In this document: positions 48,908 to 58,434 of the stretch, piece by piece
Position numbering within the stretch: the first letter of the stretch is position 1
Layout: each line of letters begins with the position of its first letter
NCBI GenBank assembly: GCA_963620595.1
Contig: CAVFAY010000005.1
Coordinates: forward strand, 52,187-116,186
Origin: Anaerotignum sp.
Lineage (GTDB): Bacteria > Bacillota > Clostridia > Oscillospirales > Butyricicoccaceae
DNA length: 64,000 nt
Direction: 5' to 3'
Notes under the pieces: model-generated
Databases searched by the model: none
What the model was told of the DNA's origin: nothing
The model's input: only the letters and a program-made list of their open reading frames with translations
Translations under genes and position numbers: made by a program

Positions 48908-50320
48908 TTATTCGTCCTCAGAACTGGAAGAGGTGTTTTTTGATGCATCGTATTTTGCTGTTGCATCAAAAATATCTTCGATCTGATCTTTGTAATAAAT
49001 ACCATCGTGATGTTGGTCGGCAGCCATGATAACAACGACATACTGCGGTTCATCGTTGCTGTCCATCAAAGCGGTCACGATCCATGCGTTGGTGCTCTTA
49101 CCGGTCTGAGCAGTACCGGTTTTCGCAGCAACATGCCAGCCTTGATTGCCATAGTAGCCAAAACCATAATGATCTGCGGCAACCTCCATGCAGGAAACAA
49201 CTTTATCGGCGGTATCCTTTGAGGTGACTGTGGTCAACTCTTCTGCCGAGTCTGTATAGGTATCATCCTTGGTACCGTTTCCGGCGGTGACAGATTTAAT
49301 CAGATACGGTTTGAGCATCGTGCCGTGATTAACGATGGACTGACAAGCCATTGCCATATACAGCGGCGTTACTTCGGTCTTGCCCTGACCAAAAGCAATA
49401 GAACCGACAACCTCATCACGCTTATCCTCGAAATCAAGGTTGGAGGACAGAGTTGTAAAGTCGAGCGAAATATCCTCGCCGAGCTTAAATTTACGCAAGC
49501 TCGCTTCCAAGTTGTCTCCGCCCATCTCCAGAGCCTTGGTAATGAAATAGACATTGGATGAGTTGCGGATCGCGCCTTCCAAATCAATGGAGCCAAATGA
49601 ACGGCTGTCGTAGTTTGTAATGGTCTGACCATTTTTGAACGTATACGAACCGCGGTCGTTAACGTTGGTATCGTCTACGCCGTTGTCAATCACGGCGCAG
49701 GCGGTAATGATCTTGAAGTCAGAACCCGGTGCAAAGGTAGATTTATAGGCATTCGGCAAAAACAGACCGGTTTTCTGCGAGTATTCTGACCAATTATCCT
49801 CCAAATCGGACTGAATAAAGCTTGGTGTCGATGCCATCGAAACGATTTCGCCGGTTTTTGCATCGAGAACAACAGCAGCACCGTTTGCAATGTCAGAAAT
49901 AGCGGAATAGGTTGCGGTCTGCAAATCGGTATCCAACGTGGTTTGCACGGTGTTGCCGACTTGTTTCTCGTCGGATTTGCATTTGCTGGAAATCAGCTGA
50001 GAATTGAAGGTCTTTTCCAGACCAAAGGTACCATATGCCGGAGAATAATATCCGACGACAGTGGAAAAGGCACGCTGTTTGGTCTCGCCGTCAATATAGC
50101 TACGGTAGCCGTTGGCTTTGTTAGACCAACTCAGCGGCGTACCGTCACGGGCTGTAATGGTACCGCGGATGTAGGTGCGCTGCAGGGTTTCCTGCCGAGC
50201 AGCCTCGCGGCTTTCCGGATTACCGAGTGTTGTCCATACCAGACCGGCTGCGATTGCGATTGCGCAGATGAGAAACGCGCTTTGAATGCACTGTACGCGC
50301 TTTTTGAAGCTTGGAGTCAT
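48908..50320 (-). CDS. Class B penicillin-binding transpeptidase (PbpA-like)
   Basis: RGTITARDG, PGSDFK (SxxK), SSN, KTGTA. Confidence 0.9.
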   Translation of the reverse strand: MTPSFKKRVQCIQSAFLICAIAIAAGLVWTTLGNPESREAARQETLQRTYIRGTITARDGTPLSWSNKANGYRSYIDGETKQRAFSTVVGYYSPAYGTFGLEKTFNSQLISSKCKSDEKQVGNTVQTTLDTDLQTATYSAISDIANGAAVVLDAKTGEIVSMASTPSFIQSDLEDNWSEYSQKTGLFLPNAYKSTFAPGSDFKIITACAVIDNGVDDTNVNDRGSYTFKNGQTITNYDSRSFGSIDLEGAIRNSSNVYFITKALEMGGDNLEASLRKFKLGEDISLDFTTLSSNLDFEDKRDEVVGSIAFGQGKTEVTPLYMAMACQSIVNHGTMLKPYLIKSVTAGNGTKDDTYTDSAEELTTVTSKDTADKVVSCMEVAADHYGFGYYGNQGWHVAAKTGTAQTGKSTNAWIVTALMDSNDEPQYVVVIMAADQHHDGIYYKDQIEDIFDATAKYDASKNTSSSSEDE

Positions 50321-51671
50321 AGCTGGTGTAATCCCTCCTTCCGTTCCACAGGTTTCCGGCGGAGATCACGAGGATCACCGCAATATTAATAAACGTTGCC
50401 ATCAGAGAAGAACCGCCGCGAGAAATCAGTGGGAGCGTGATACCGGTCAGCGGCATCATGCCTGTGGAACCGCCGATGATAATAAATGCTTGAATGACCA
50501 ACTGCAGACTCAGACCTGCGCTGACTGCTTGATGGTATCGGTCGCCGCAATGATAATAGATGCGGCTGCCGCGAATCAGCAGCAGGCCGAAAATCACACA
50601 GATCATGACGGCGATAATCAAACCGCATCGCTCCGTCAGAGCAGGGAATACCATGTCGTTGGATGGATTAGATAACGGCGTTGTTGTGGTGCTGCCAAAC
50701 AGATTGGAATTGAGCAGAGCTTTTCTTCCCTGTAAGATTTGATAACCAGCGCCCTGTGCGTCCTTCGCCGGGTCACGCCAGTAAATAAAGCGGTTGGCGA
50801 TTTTCTGTATCTGATTGAGTACAAACTGCATCGGACCGAAGTCACTCTTGCCGCCGGTTATTTTGAGCAGAGACATACCGCAGGCAGCAGCAGCAGCGCC
50901 TGCTGCGACAATAATTGCTGTGACAGAGGCAAATACCTTGATGTCCGGAACAAACAGGAAAATCATGCACAGGAATGTACACAGAATGAGCAGGAAGGTA
51001 CCAAACTCACCTTGAATACCCAAGAAACCAAGATTTACCAAGGTAAAGACAATCGCATACCAGATGCGTTTACGTCCCGGCTTGTCCTTGGTGCACAGCA
51101 GACCTGCCATGACGAGGACATAAATAATCTTATTGAACTCGGATGGCTGAAGGGAAAAGCCGGCGATATTGATCCAGTTTCGCACGCCGCCGCCGACAGC
51201 TTTGCCGATGAGCAGTGTTGCCATGTACAGAATGACAGCCAGCACCATTAAAATAGTTGTGCCGGGTGCAGAGGCAATAATCGGCGCATGCTTATACACG
51301 ATTGCGGCAATCACACTGGCAACTGCTGCCAGTGCATAGATGACAATTAAAGAAGTTGGCATCTCATCCTGTTTGAGCAGTAAACACTGGATCATTGTGC
51401 CAAATGTCAGCAGCATCGCAGTGTCCAGAAAAAACGGAACGTCTGCGTGCATTCGATTGACGCACAGCCAGCCACCGTATGTGATAATCAGCAGAGGGAT
51501 CATCATATAGAGATACGCTGTGCCGCGTCCAGAGATCTGAACCGTAAGCAGAGAAACCAGCTGGAACAGAATAAACAGTATCAGCACCTGAATGCCGAGG
51601 GACTTTTTACTTGCACGAGCCGGTCTCTGGGTTCTTTGTACTTTTTTCGCTACTTTTTTCTTTTGTGCCAT
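50220..51671 (-). CDS. SEDS glycosyltransferase FtsW/RodA/SpoVE
   Basis: NWI...SLQPSEFNK, GYQ, NDMVF, PLTGITLPLISRGGSS. Confidence 0.92.
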   Translation of the reverse strand: MAQKKKVAKKVQRTQRPARASKKSLGIQVLILFILFQLVSLLTVQISGRGTAYLYMMIPLLIITYGGWLCVNRMHADVPFFLDTAMLLTFGTMIQCLLLKQDEMPTSLIVIYALAAVASVIAAIVYKHAPIIASAPGTTILMVLAVILYMATLLIGKAVGGGVRNWINIAGFSLQPSEFNKIIYVLVMAGLLCTKDKPGRKRIWYAIVFTLVNLGFLGIQGEFGTFLLILCTFLCMIFLFVPDIKVFASVTAIIVAAGAAAAACGMSLLKITGGKSDFGPMQFVLNQIQKIANRFIYWRDPAKDAQGAGYQILQGRKALLNSNLFGSTTTTPLSNPSNDMVFPALTERCGLIIAVMICVIFGLLLIRGSRIYYHCGDRYHQAVSAGLSLQLVIQAFIIIGGSTGMMPLTGITLPLISRGGSSLMATFINIAVILVISAGNLWNGRRDYTSYDSKLQKARTVHSKRVSHLRNRNRSRSGMDNTR

Positions 51672-51682
51672 GATAGCTTACA

Positions 51683-52162
51683 TCACCTCCGAATATACTG
51701 TGTATCATCGGATACATCATCCATCGCGCGTTCAATCTGAAGCACAGTTGTGCCGAGCTGAATGCGTTCGCCGCCGACGATAGCGATTTCGGAGCGCGGT
51801 ACCTTGTTGACGATGGTTCCGTTGAGAGAACCGAGGTCACGCAGGCACACCTGTCCATTCTTGCGGAACAGCTCCGCATGCTGGCGGGAAACGGTGGAGT
51901 CGGTAATAATTAAATCGTTGTCATTGCGGCTGCCGATGGTGAACGGATAATGCGTCACCGGTACGCGTCTGCCCTGATACACGATGAAGAACTCCAGTGG
52001 GGTAGATGTCGGTCTCTCCGGAGAAGTTTTCTTCGGCTCTGGGGGAGTATTGTTTTCTTTTTCCGGCTGGTCAGCGGTCGTGAAACGGTTTGCCTTCCAG
52101 ATAATAAGTATAGCTAAAATAATGATAACGGCTATCAGAACTGGTTTTAAAATATTATCCAT
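51683..52162 (-). CDS. Membrane-anchored FHA-domain protein
   Basis: N-term TM; TIGS..DNDL, VSRQHA, DLGSLNGT. Confidence 0.88.
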   Translation of the reverse strand: MDNILKPVLIAVIIILAILIIWKANRFTTADQPEKENNTPPEPKKTSPERPTSTPLEFFIVYQGRRVPVTHYPFTIGSRNDNDLIITDSTVSRQHAELFRKNGQVCLRDLGSLNGTIVNKVPRSEIAIVGGERIQLGTTVLQIERAMDDVSDDTQYIRR

Positions 52163-52446
52163 AGGTGTTCCTCCTGTGTCTCTCCATATTATAGCATAAA
52201 AAATGAAAATGCAAATAGGTTTTAACAAATATATCGAAAATCTGAGAGAAAATAGAGATTTATTCCCGAAATTATAGAGAGAAATTCGAAAATAATCGGT
52301 CAATATGACAGGAAAATTTTAGTTGACGAAACAAATCCTTAACGCAAGAGTGCTTGTTTCGGCAGGATGTGATTGGTATAATAGAAGCAAAAGAAATAAA
52401 AGCTGTCGAACTCATTGGAACGCAGCTGAAAGAAGGGAAATCCTGA

Positions 52447-53979
52447 ATGGATGAGAAAAAACGAAAGAAACGGCAGTCAGTTTTGATCAACCGAAAAAAT
52501 GTTCTGAATCTGGTATTTACGCTTGGCATTGTTCTAGTGGCGTGTCTGGCGTCCTCGTTGCTGGTGCATTATTCCAAAAGCTCTGCCAATGTCACAGCAG
52601 TATTCACGCTGGCTGTTTTGTTGACAGCGCGGGTGACAGATGGCTATGTTTGGGGAATTGTTGCCTCCATTATCGGCGTATTTGCGGTCAACTATGCGTT
52701 TACCGATCCGTTTTTTGCTTTTAATTTTACATCGGCGGGCTATCCGATTATCTTTGCTTCCATGGCACTCATCGCCGTGGTGACCAGTGCGACGACAGGC
52801 AGCGTAAAATTACAGGCGTACCGAGCAAAGACGAGCGAAGAACACACGCGACGGCTGTATGATTTTTCTCAAAAACTCGCCAATGCACAAAATGCTGATC
52901 AGATGATCGACTTGGCCATGCAGTATCTGCATGAACAGCTGGATTGTCCGGTTTTGTATTTAGAAGATGAAAACGATATTCGAGAAAATCGAGAGCGTGT
53001 GGTCGGAGAAATTGGTGGTTTTGTCTCGGATTCCATTGAGCACAGTGCGATCTCCGATTGTTTCCATGAGGCGCACGATACCGGTGTTGGTACGGTACAT
53101 TCGCCGTATGCACGCTTTCATTACATTCCGGTGCCGGGCAGCAACGGAATGCTGGGCTGTGTTGGCTTGCTATGGAGCGATGATCTGGCAAAGGAAGAGA
53201 CCCAAGAGTATGTCAAAGCCATGCTGGCACAGACGGGTATCTCATTGGAACGGCAGCGTCTGGCAGAGGAGCGTAACCGCGCCGCGATGACTGCTGACAG
53301 AGAGAAGCTTCGGAGCAATTTGCTTCGCTCGATTTCACATGATTTGCGCACGCCGCTGACTGGCATTATCGGCGCATCGGCGGCGATTGAAGAAAACGGC
53401 GAGAGCATCGGCGCGAAAGAAACACGTAAGCTCGCTGCTGATATTCATGAGGATGCCGAATGGCTGCTGCACATGGTGGAAAATCTGCTGTCCGTCACGC
53501 GTGTTTCTCAGACGGCAGAACTGAAAAAGTCTGAAGAGGCAGCGGAAGAAGTGATTGTGGAGGCCGTATCACGATGCAAAAAGCGGTTTCCGAATGCACA
53601 AATTCGGGTAGATTTGCCTGAAGAAGATATGCTGTTTGTCCCGATGGATGCCACGCTTATCGTACAGGTGCTCATCAATCTTATGGAAAATGCGGTGCGC
53701 TACGCCCAGACGCCAATTGATATTGGTCTGTGCCGCAATGGAGATATGGCAGAGTTTTCTGTCAGAGATTTTGGACCGGGCATCTCGGAGGAGAAAAAAC
53801 AACAGTTGTTTGACTCAGTGCAGGCGCAGCCGGACAGCCGCCGCGGCGGTTTGGGAATCGGTCTGACCCTGTGCCGTTCCATTATTTCTGCGCACGGCGG
53901 AACCATTTGGGAGGTCAACCATCCGGATGGCGGTGCACAGTTCTTATTTACCTTGCCGCTGGAGGAGGAAGAAAAATGA
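52447..53979 (+). CDS. KdpD-like sensor histidine kinase (4-TM DUF4118 + GAF + HisKA/HATPase)
   Basis: NYAFTDPFF; LLRSISHDLRTPLT; NLMENA; DFGPG; GLGIGL. Confidence 0.88.
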   Translation: MDEKKRKKRQSVLINRKNVLNLVFTLGIVLVACLASSLLVHYSKSSANVTAVFTLAVLLTARVTDGYVWGIVASIIGVFAVNYAFTDPFFAFNFTSAGYPIIFASMALIAVVTSATTGSVKLQAYRAKTSEEHTRRLYDFSQKLANAQNADQMIDLAMQYLHEQLDCPVLYLEDENDIRENRERVVGEIGGFVSDSIEHSAISDCFHEAHDTGVGTVHSPYARFHYIPVPGSNGMLGCVGLLWSDDLAKEETQEYVKAMLAQTGISLERQRLAEERNRAAMTADREKLRSNLLRSISHDLRTPLTGIIGASAAIEENGESIGAKETRKLAADIHEDAEWLLHMVENLLSVTRVSQTAELKKSEEAAEEVIVEAVSRCKKRFPNAQIRVDLPEEDMLFVPMDATLIVQVLINLMENAVRYAQTPIDIGLCRNGDMAEFSVRDFGPGISEEKKQQLFDSVQAQPDSRRGGLGIGLTLCRSIISAHGGTIWEVNHPDGGAQFLFTLPLEEEEK

Positions 53980-54674
53980 ATGGGGAGACCATTTTAATTG
54001 TAGAAGATGAGCAGCCGATTGCGCATGTGCTCATGACCATTTTATCCGCCAATGGATATCATACCCTACAGGCATCGACGGGTACGCTCGCGCGTTCCAT
54101 CATCAATTCACATTGTCCGCGTCTGATTTTGCTGGATTTGGGTCTGCCGGATATGGATGGATTAGAATTGCTGCGCTGGCTGCGTGAATGGTCAGGGGTT
54201 CCTGTTCTGATTGTTTCTGCAAGAGAAGAAGAAAATCAGAAGGTAGAAGCCTTGGACGTTGGCGCAGACGATTATATTACCAAACCGTTTGGTACATCGG
54301 AGCTGCTTGCCCGCATTCGCACGGCGCTGCGTCATCAGGCAAAGCTGGAATCCGGCGAAGATATGCCGCGCGGCAGTTACAGTGTACGCGATCTGACCGT
54401 AGATTTTGAACGCCGCAGAGTTACACTGCGAGGAGAAGAAGTTCACCTGACACAGATCGAATACAAGATCGTTGAATTAATCGCCCGCCGCCCAGGACGT
54501 GTGCTGACCTATGATTATATCATCAGCCGCATCTGGGGCCCATATGCTGTGGATAATAACCGCATTTTGCGCGTCAATATGGCACATATCCGCAGAAAAT
54601 TAGAGGATAATCCGGCGGAGCCGTATTATATCCGAACTGAAATTGGTGTGGGATATCGCATGGCAGAAGAATAA
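53976..54674 (+). CDS. KdpE-like OmpR-family response regulator
   Basis: VEDE, LDLGLPDMDG, GADDYITKPF, LRVNMAHIRRKLE, TEIGVGYR. Confidence 0.92.
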   Translation: MNGETILIVEDEQPIAHVLMTILSANGYHTLQASTGTLARSIINSHCPRLILLDLGLPDMDGLELLRWLREWSGVPVLIVSAREEENQKVEALDVGADDYITKPFGTSELLARIRTALRHQAKLESGEDMPRGSYSVRDLTVDFERRRVTLRGEEVHLTQIEYKIVELIARRPGRVLTYDYIISRIWGPYAVDNNRILRVNMAHIRRKLEDNPAEPYYIRTEIGVGYRMAEE

Positions 54675-54680
54675 CACAAA

Positions 54681-54713
54681 AGCCTGAGAGATTTTTTCTC
54701 TCAGGCTCTTTTT
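54681..54713. terminator. Bidirectional terminator
   Basis: AGCCTGAGAGA-ttttt-TCTCTCAGGCT flanked by A/T tracts. Confidence 0.75.
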
Positions 54714-55122
54714 ATGGTCGCAGTGGTTCCGGTCTTTCGTGGACAATCACAAGGATTCTGACGCGAGGTTTTTCCAGCTCACGCTTGATGGATTTGATGT
54801 ATATATGGTATTGAAATTTTTCGACATACTGATGGTAGAGCTTGGCATCGGTTTTGTTGAGCTTTCCGATTTCATCGCCGTTTTCTGTGATGACGGTACA
54901 ATTGGAACCGTTTGAGTCGCAGATGATGAAAACAGGCTGCTGTTTGGTGCAGGAATCAATGGTTTTCATGCGCTCGTGCTTGCCTGTGCCTTTGAGCTTC
55001 CAGATGAGATGGACGTCTCCATTTGCTGCGGGCTTGGGCAGATATATCCCGGCAAAGACTCCATCTGTCCGCAGTTCAACCTCTGGATGGACAGATGACT
55101 CAATTGTCATTGTATGCTCCAT
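54712..55122 (-). CDS. Hypothetical protein, possibly HIRAN-like
   Basis: GGAGG RBS; KLKG..R....V.TENGDEIGKL pattern. Confidence 0.6.
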   Translation of the reverse strand: MEHTMTIESSVHPEVELRTDGVFAGIYLPKPAANGDVHLIWKLKGTGKHERMKTIDSCTKQQPVFIICDSNGSNCTVITENGDEIGKLNKTDAKLYHQYVEKFQYHIYIKSIKRELEKPRVRILVIVHERPEPLRP

Positions 55123-55338
55123 AAAACGACCTCCGTTTCTGTATGCTAACAAAAATATCATAGCATAAATTTCACTGTTATTCAATGATTTGGCATGAAA
55201 TTTGCATAAAGAGTATGTATAACTTTGGTAAACGAATCTATGAGATTTGAAAACACAGTTGAAGAAAATAGGTAGTTTTGTGCAAAATATTAAAAAAGAG
55301 AAAAGCCGAAGGATTTTTTCCTTCGACTTTTTGTGCGC

Positions 55339-55764
55339 TCACAAAAAAGATTTCATTTGTGTGATATTGGCGCGTTCGGTTGCCAGTAGCTTATCTGCCA
55401 GACGCGAAACAGCGGTATCCTGGACATCACAGCTGCGAATCGTCTGAATGCTTTTCGTCACACCCATCGTATTCCCCTGAATCATCATATCTGCAATATT
55501 GGATTCGGAAGAGTCCATCATGGTTTTTAGTCCGGATGTCAATTCGCTTGACCATTTGGCAAACGTGCCTACATTTTCCGGTTCACCGCCGAGCTTTTGC
55601 AGCAGAGAATCGGCGGAAGCATGAATCTTTTTGTATTCCGTGCGCTGCTGCTCAAGTGCTTGACGGAATTCTCCATTGGTGTATGGCAACACCGAGTCGA
55701 TGCCATCCGCACCCATTTCTGTTGTCTGGCGAATATGATTGAGCAGTGTGCAGTCATCCTTCAT
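55339..55764 (-). CDS. Hypothetical ferritin-like helical protein, possibly sporulation-associated
   Basis: GAGGTG RBS; MG...Y....IADMMIQGNTMG four-helix pattern. Confidence 0.7.
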   Translation of the reverse strand: MKDDCTLLNHIRQTTEMGADGIDSVLPYTNGEFRQALEQQRTEYKKIHASADSLLQKLGGEPENVGTFAKWSSELTSGLKTMMDSSESNIADMMIQGNTMGVTKSIQTIRSCDVQDTAVSRLADKLLATERANITQMKSFL

Positions 55765-55824
55765 CAATATTCTCACCTCAGAATCAGTATTGACCGACTG
55801 CACAAATATTATGCGTAAAACATA

Positions 55825-56754
55825 TTACTCGTTAAATAGCGGTGTGCTAAAATATCGTTCGGCAGTGTCTGGAAGAATGGTCACAACCGTTTTGCCTTTG
55901 CCGAGTTGTTTCGCGAGTCTGCGTGCTGCTGCAACGTTGCTGCCGCTCGAAATACCACACATCAAACCTTCCAGTCGCGCCAGATCCCTGGCGGTCTGCA
56001 ATGCTTCTTCATCGGTTACAATTTCGATGTGGTCGTAGATCTGCGTGTTTAAAATATCCGGAATGAGCCCGTCCCCAATGCCCATCTGCAAGTGGGTGCC
56101 GACGGAACCTCCGGACAAAATCGCTGCATGTTCCGGTTCAACTGCCCAAATTGTCATGTCTGGATGGACAGTACGCAACGCCTCACCAATACCGGTGATG
56201 GTGCCGCCGGTGCCGACACCGGAACAGAATCCATCGATACGGCTGTCCACCTGTTCCAAAATTTCCTGTGCCGTCTGGCTGCGCTGAATTTCTGCGTTCG
56301 CCGGATTGGCAAACTGCTGTGGTACAAAGACATGCGGATCTTCCTTTGCCATGCGCAGAGCAGTTTGAAGGCATTCATCAATACATGCGCCAATATCTCC
56401 ATCATCGTGAATGAGAATTACTTGTGCGCCGTAATGGCGAACCAGCTTGCGGCGTTCTTCGCTGACGGAATCCGGCATGATAATGATCGTGCGATAGCCG
56501 CGCACGGCACCGATAAGTGCTAAACCGATGCCTTGATTGCCGCTGGTCGGTTCGACGATAATAGAATCCGGATGAATCAGACCTTTCTTTTCTGCATCCG
56601 CAATCATGTTGAACGCAGTGCGCGTCTTAATGGATCCGCCGACATTCAGACCCTCAAATTTCACCAAAATTTGTGCGCTGTCCGGTTCTGTCATGCGGGA
56701 GAGCCGAATCATTGGTGTATGTCCCATTGCTTCTAATACGTTGTTGTAAACCAT
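55825..56754 (-). CDS. cysK: Cysteine synthase (O-acetylserine thiol-lyase)
   Basis: GHTP, NVGGSIKTR (PLP Lys), EPTSGNQG, GVGTGGT, GISSG, PDTAERY. Confidence 0.9.
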   Translation of the reverse strand: MVYNNVLEAMGHTPMIRLSRMTEPDSAQILVKFEGLNVGGSIKTRTAFNMIADAEKKGLIHPDSIIVEPTSGNQGIGLALIGAVRGYRTIIIMPDSVSEERRKLVRHYGAQVILIHDDGDIGACIDECLQTALRMAKEDPHVFVPQQFANPANAEIQRSQTAQEILEQVDSRIDGFCSGVGTGGTITGIGEALRTVHPDMTIWAVEPEHAAILSGGSVGTHLQMGIGDGLIPDILNTQIYDHIEIVTDEEALQTARDLARLEGLMCGISSGSNVAAARRLAKQLGKGKTVVTILPDTAERYFSTPLFNE

Positions 56755-56896
56755 ATGAATCATCCTCGTATACAAAAGCCGAAATCTCTCTCGTTTTCGG
56801 CAAAAAAATGTGGTATTTTTACACTAGAGAATCATTATACCGGTTTTTAACAAGCATTGCAAGATGATATGGATAAAAATAAATCCTATTAAAATG

Positions 56897-58232
56897 CTAG
56901 GAATCCGAACTTCCTTTGGATTTTTCTGTATCTGTTGTATCATATGTTTTGGGAATGGTCTTTGCAATAAGATATTTTCCGTAGGCATTTTCTGCAATGC
57001 TGCGAAGATTAGAGGGAGAGACATCGCAGCGGCTCGCCAGTGTGTGTTTATCTGCCATGGCTTGGGTATAATCGTCAAGCGGGATAACACGGTAGGAGCG
57101 GAATTTGCTGGACGTGCACACCAGCGGCATCACGCCGGGGTCTTCCACCGTTACTGTGCCGGATTCATCGCGGGTCAGTGTAACTTGCAGCATACCCTCT
57201 ACAATGGTTTCCGCTTTGTTTTGACCGGAAATGAAATTTCCGAGGGAATAGATGCAAAATGCGCGGTTGCCGTTTTCCGATTTGACCCAGCCTGCCGGTT
57301 CACATACGTGCGGATGCGCACCGATGATAAGTGTTGCGCCGTTTTCCGTGAGAAATTCAGCGAGATCTTCCTGATCCTCGTTCGGGGTCTCGTGATATTC
57401 CTCTCCCCAATGCATGATGACAACAACAGCGTCACATTTTTTCTTGACGGCGGCCAATTCTGCCTTCATTGTATCCTTGTCGATAAGAGAGACGAGATCC
57501 GGATTGCTTTTCGGCAGTGTTGCGCCGTTTAATCCGTAAGTATACGCGAGAAATCCCACTTTGATGCCGTTTCGCTTCAGGTATCGCACTGTAGCGCGGT
57601 CAGATGCATCGCGGCTGATACCAATACGGATGACGCCCTTGTCTGCCTGTGAATCCCAGTAATCCATGGTGTCATAGACAGCGCTGGACGTAGAATCCAT
57701 GATATGATTATTTGCCTGAGAAATAACATCAAAACCAGCGTCAATGAGAGCATCTCCGCACGCTTGCGGCGTATTAAAACTTGGATAACCTTCTGCTTTG
57801 CCTTTGCCCAACGGAGATTCCTGATTGATGACCGCGATGTCCGCTGCCTGCACATACGGTTTGATTTTTGAATAAAATGGCGTGAAATCATAACCATTAC
57901 TGGTTGAAGCATCCGCGAGCAGGGTGTTGTGCATGAGATTGTCACCAACTGCAATGAGAGATAGACTGCCGGGTTTTACCGTTTTTTTCTTGTTATCATT
58001 ATTTGATAGAAAAGAGTGGGAGGATTTACTCTCCGACTGTTGCGATAGTGTTTGACGGGCACAGCTTATGCCGCGTGTGATGAGCAAAAAAAAACAAAAC
58101 GGCAAGAACAAAAAGGAGGCTGATGCGTCGGATCCGCCTGCGGCGTTTGCGCTTTTGGTGTGCGATTTTTCTGCGATGGGAAGATGAGCTTTGCTGATGA
58201 GTGGATGAGGGTTTGGGTGATTGCTGATTCAT
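56897..58232 (-). pseudogene. CapA-family (PGA_cap) metallophosphoesterase, frameshifted in a T9 tract (phase-variable or sequencing error)
   Basis: VGDNLMH, NQES, ANNH, HWGEEY, GAHPHV, YSLGNF; N-terminal basic/TM part (58232 start) is in another frame and joins if A9 at 58086-58094 is A8. Confidence 0.8.
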
Positions 58233-58434
58233 AAATACACGCTCTTTTCAATTTGTTACTTTTAGTTTAACAAGAAACGACAGATTGTCAAGAAATAGTT
58301 TGTTTCGGCACAGTGCTTGACATAAAAGCATGTAAAAATAACAGGGACAGTGTGTGGTAGCGGTTGACATTTGTTATATGATGTTTTACGATATAACTAT
58401 AGAGGTTGGGAATATACATACGGGAGGAAAACAA

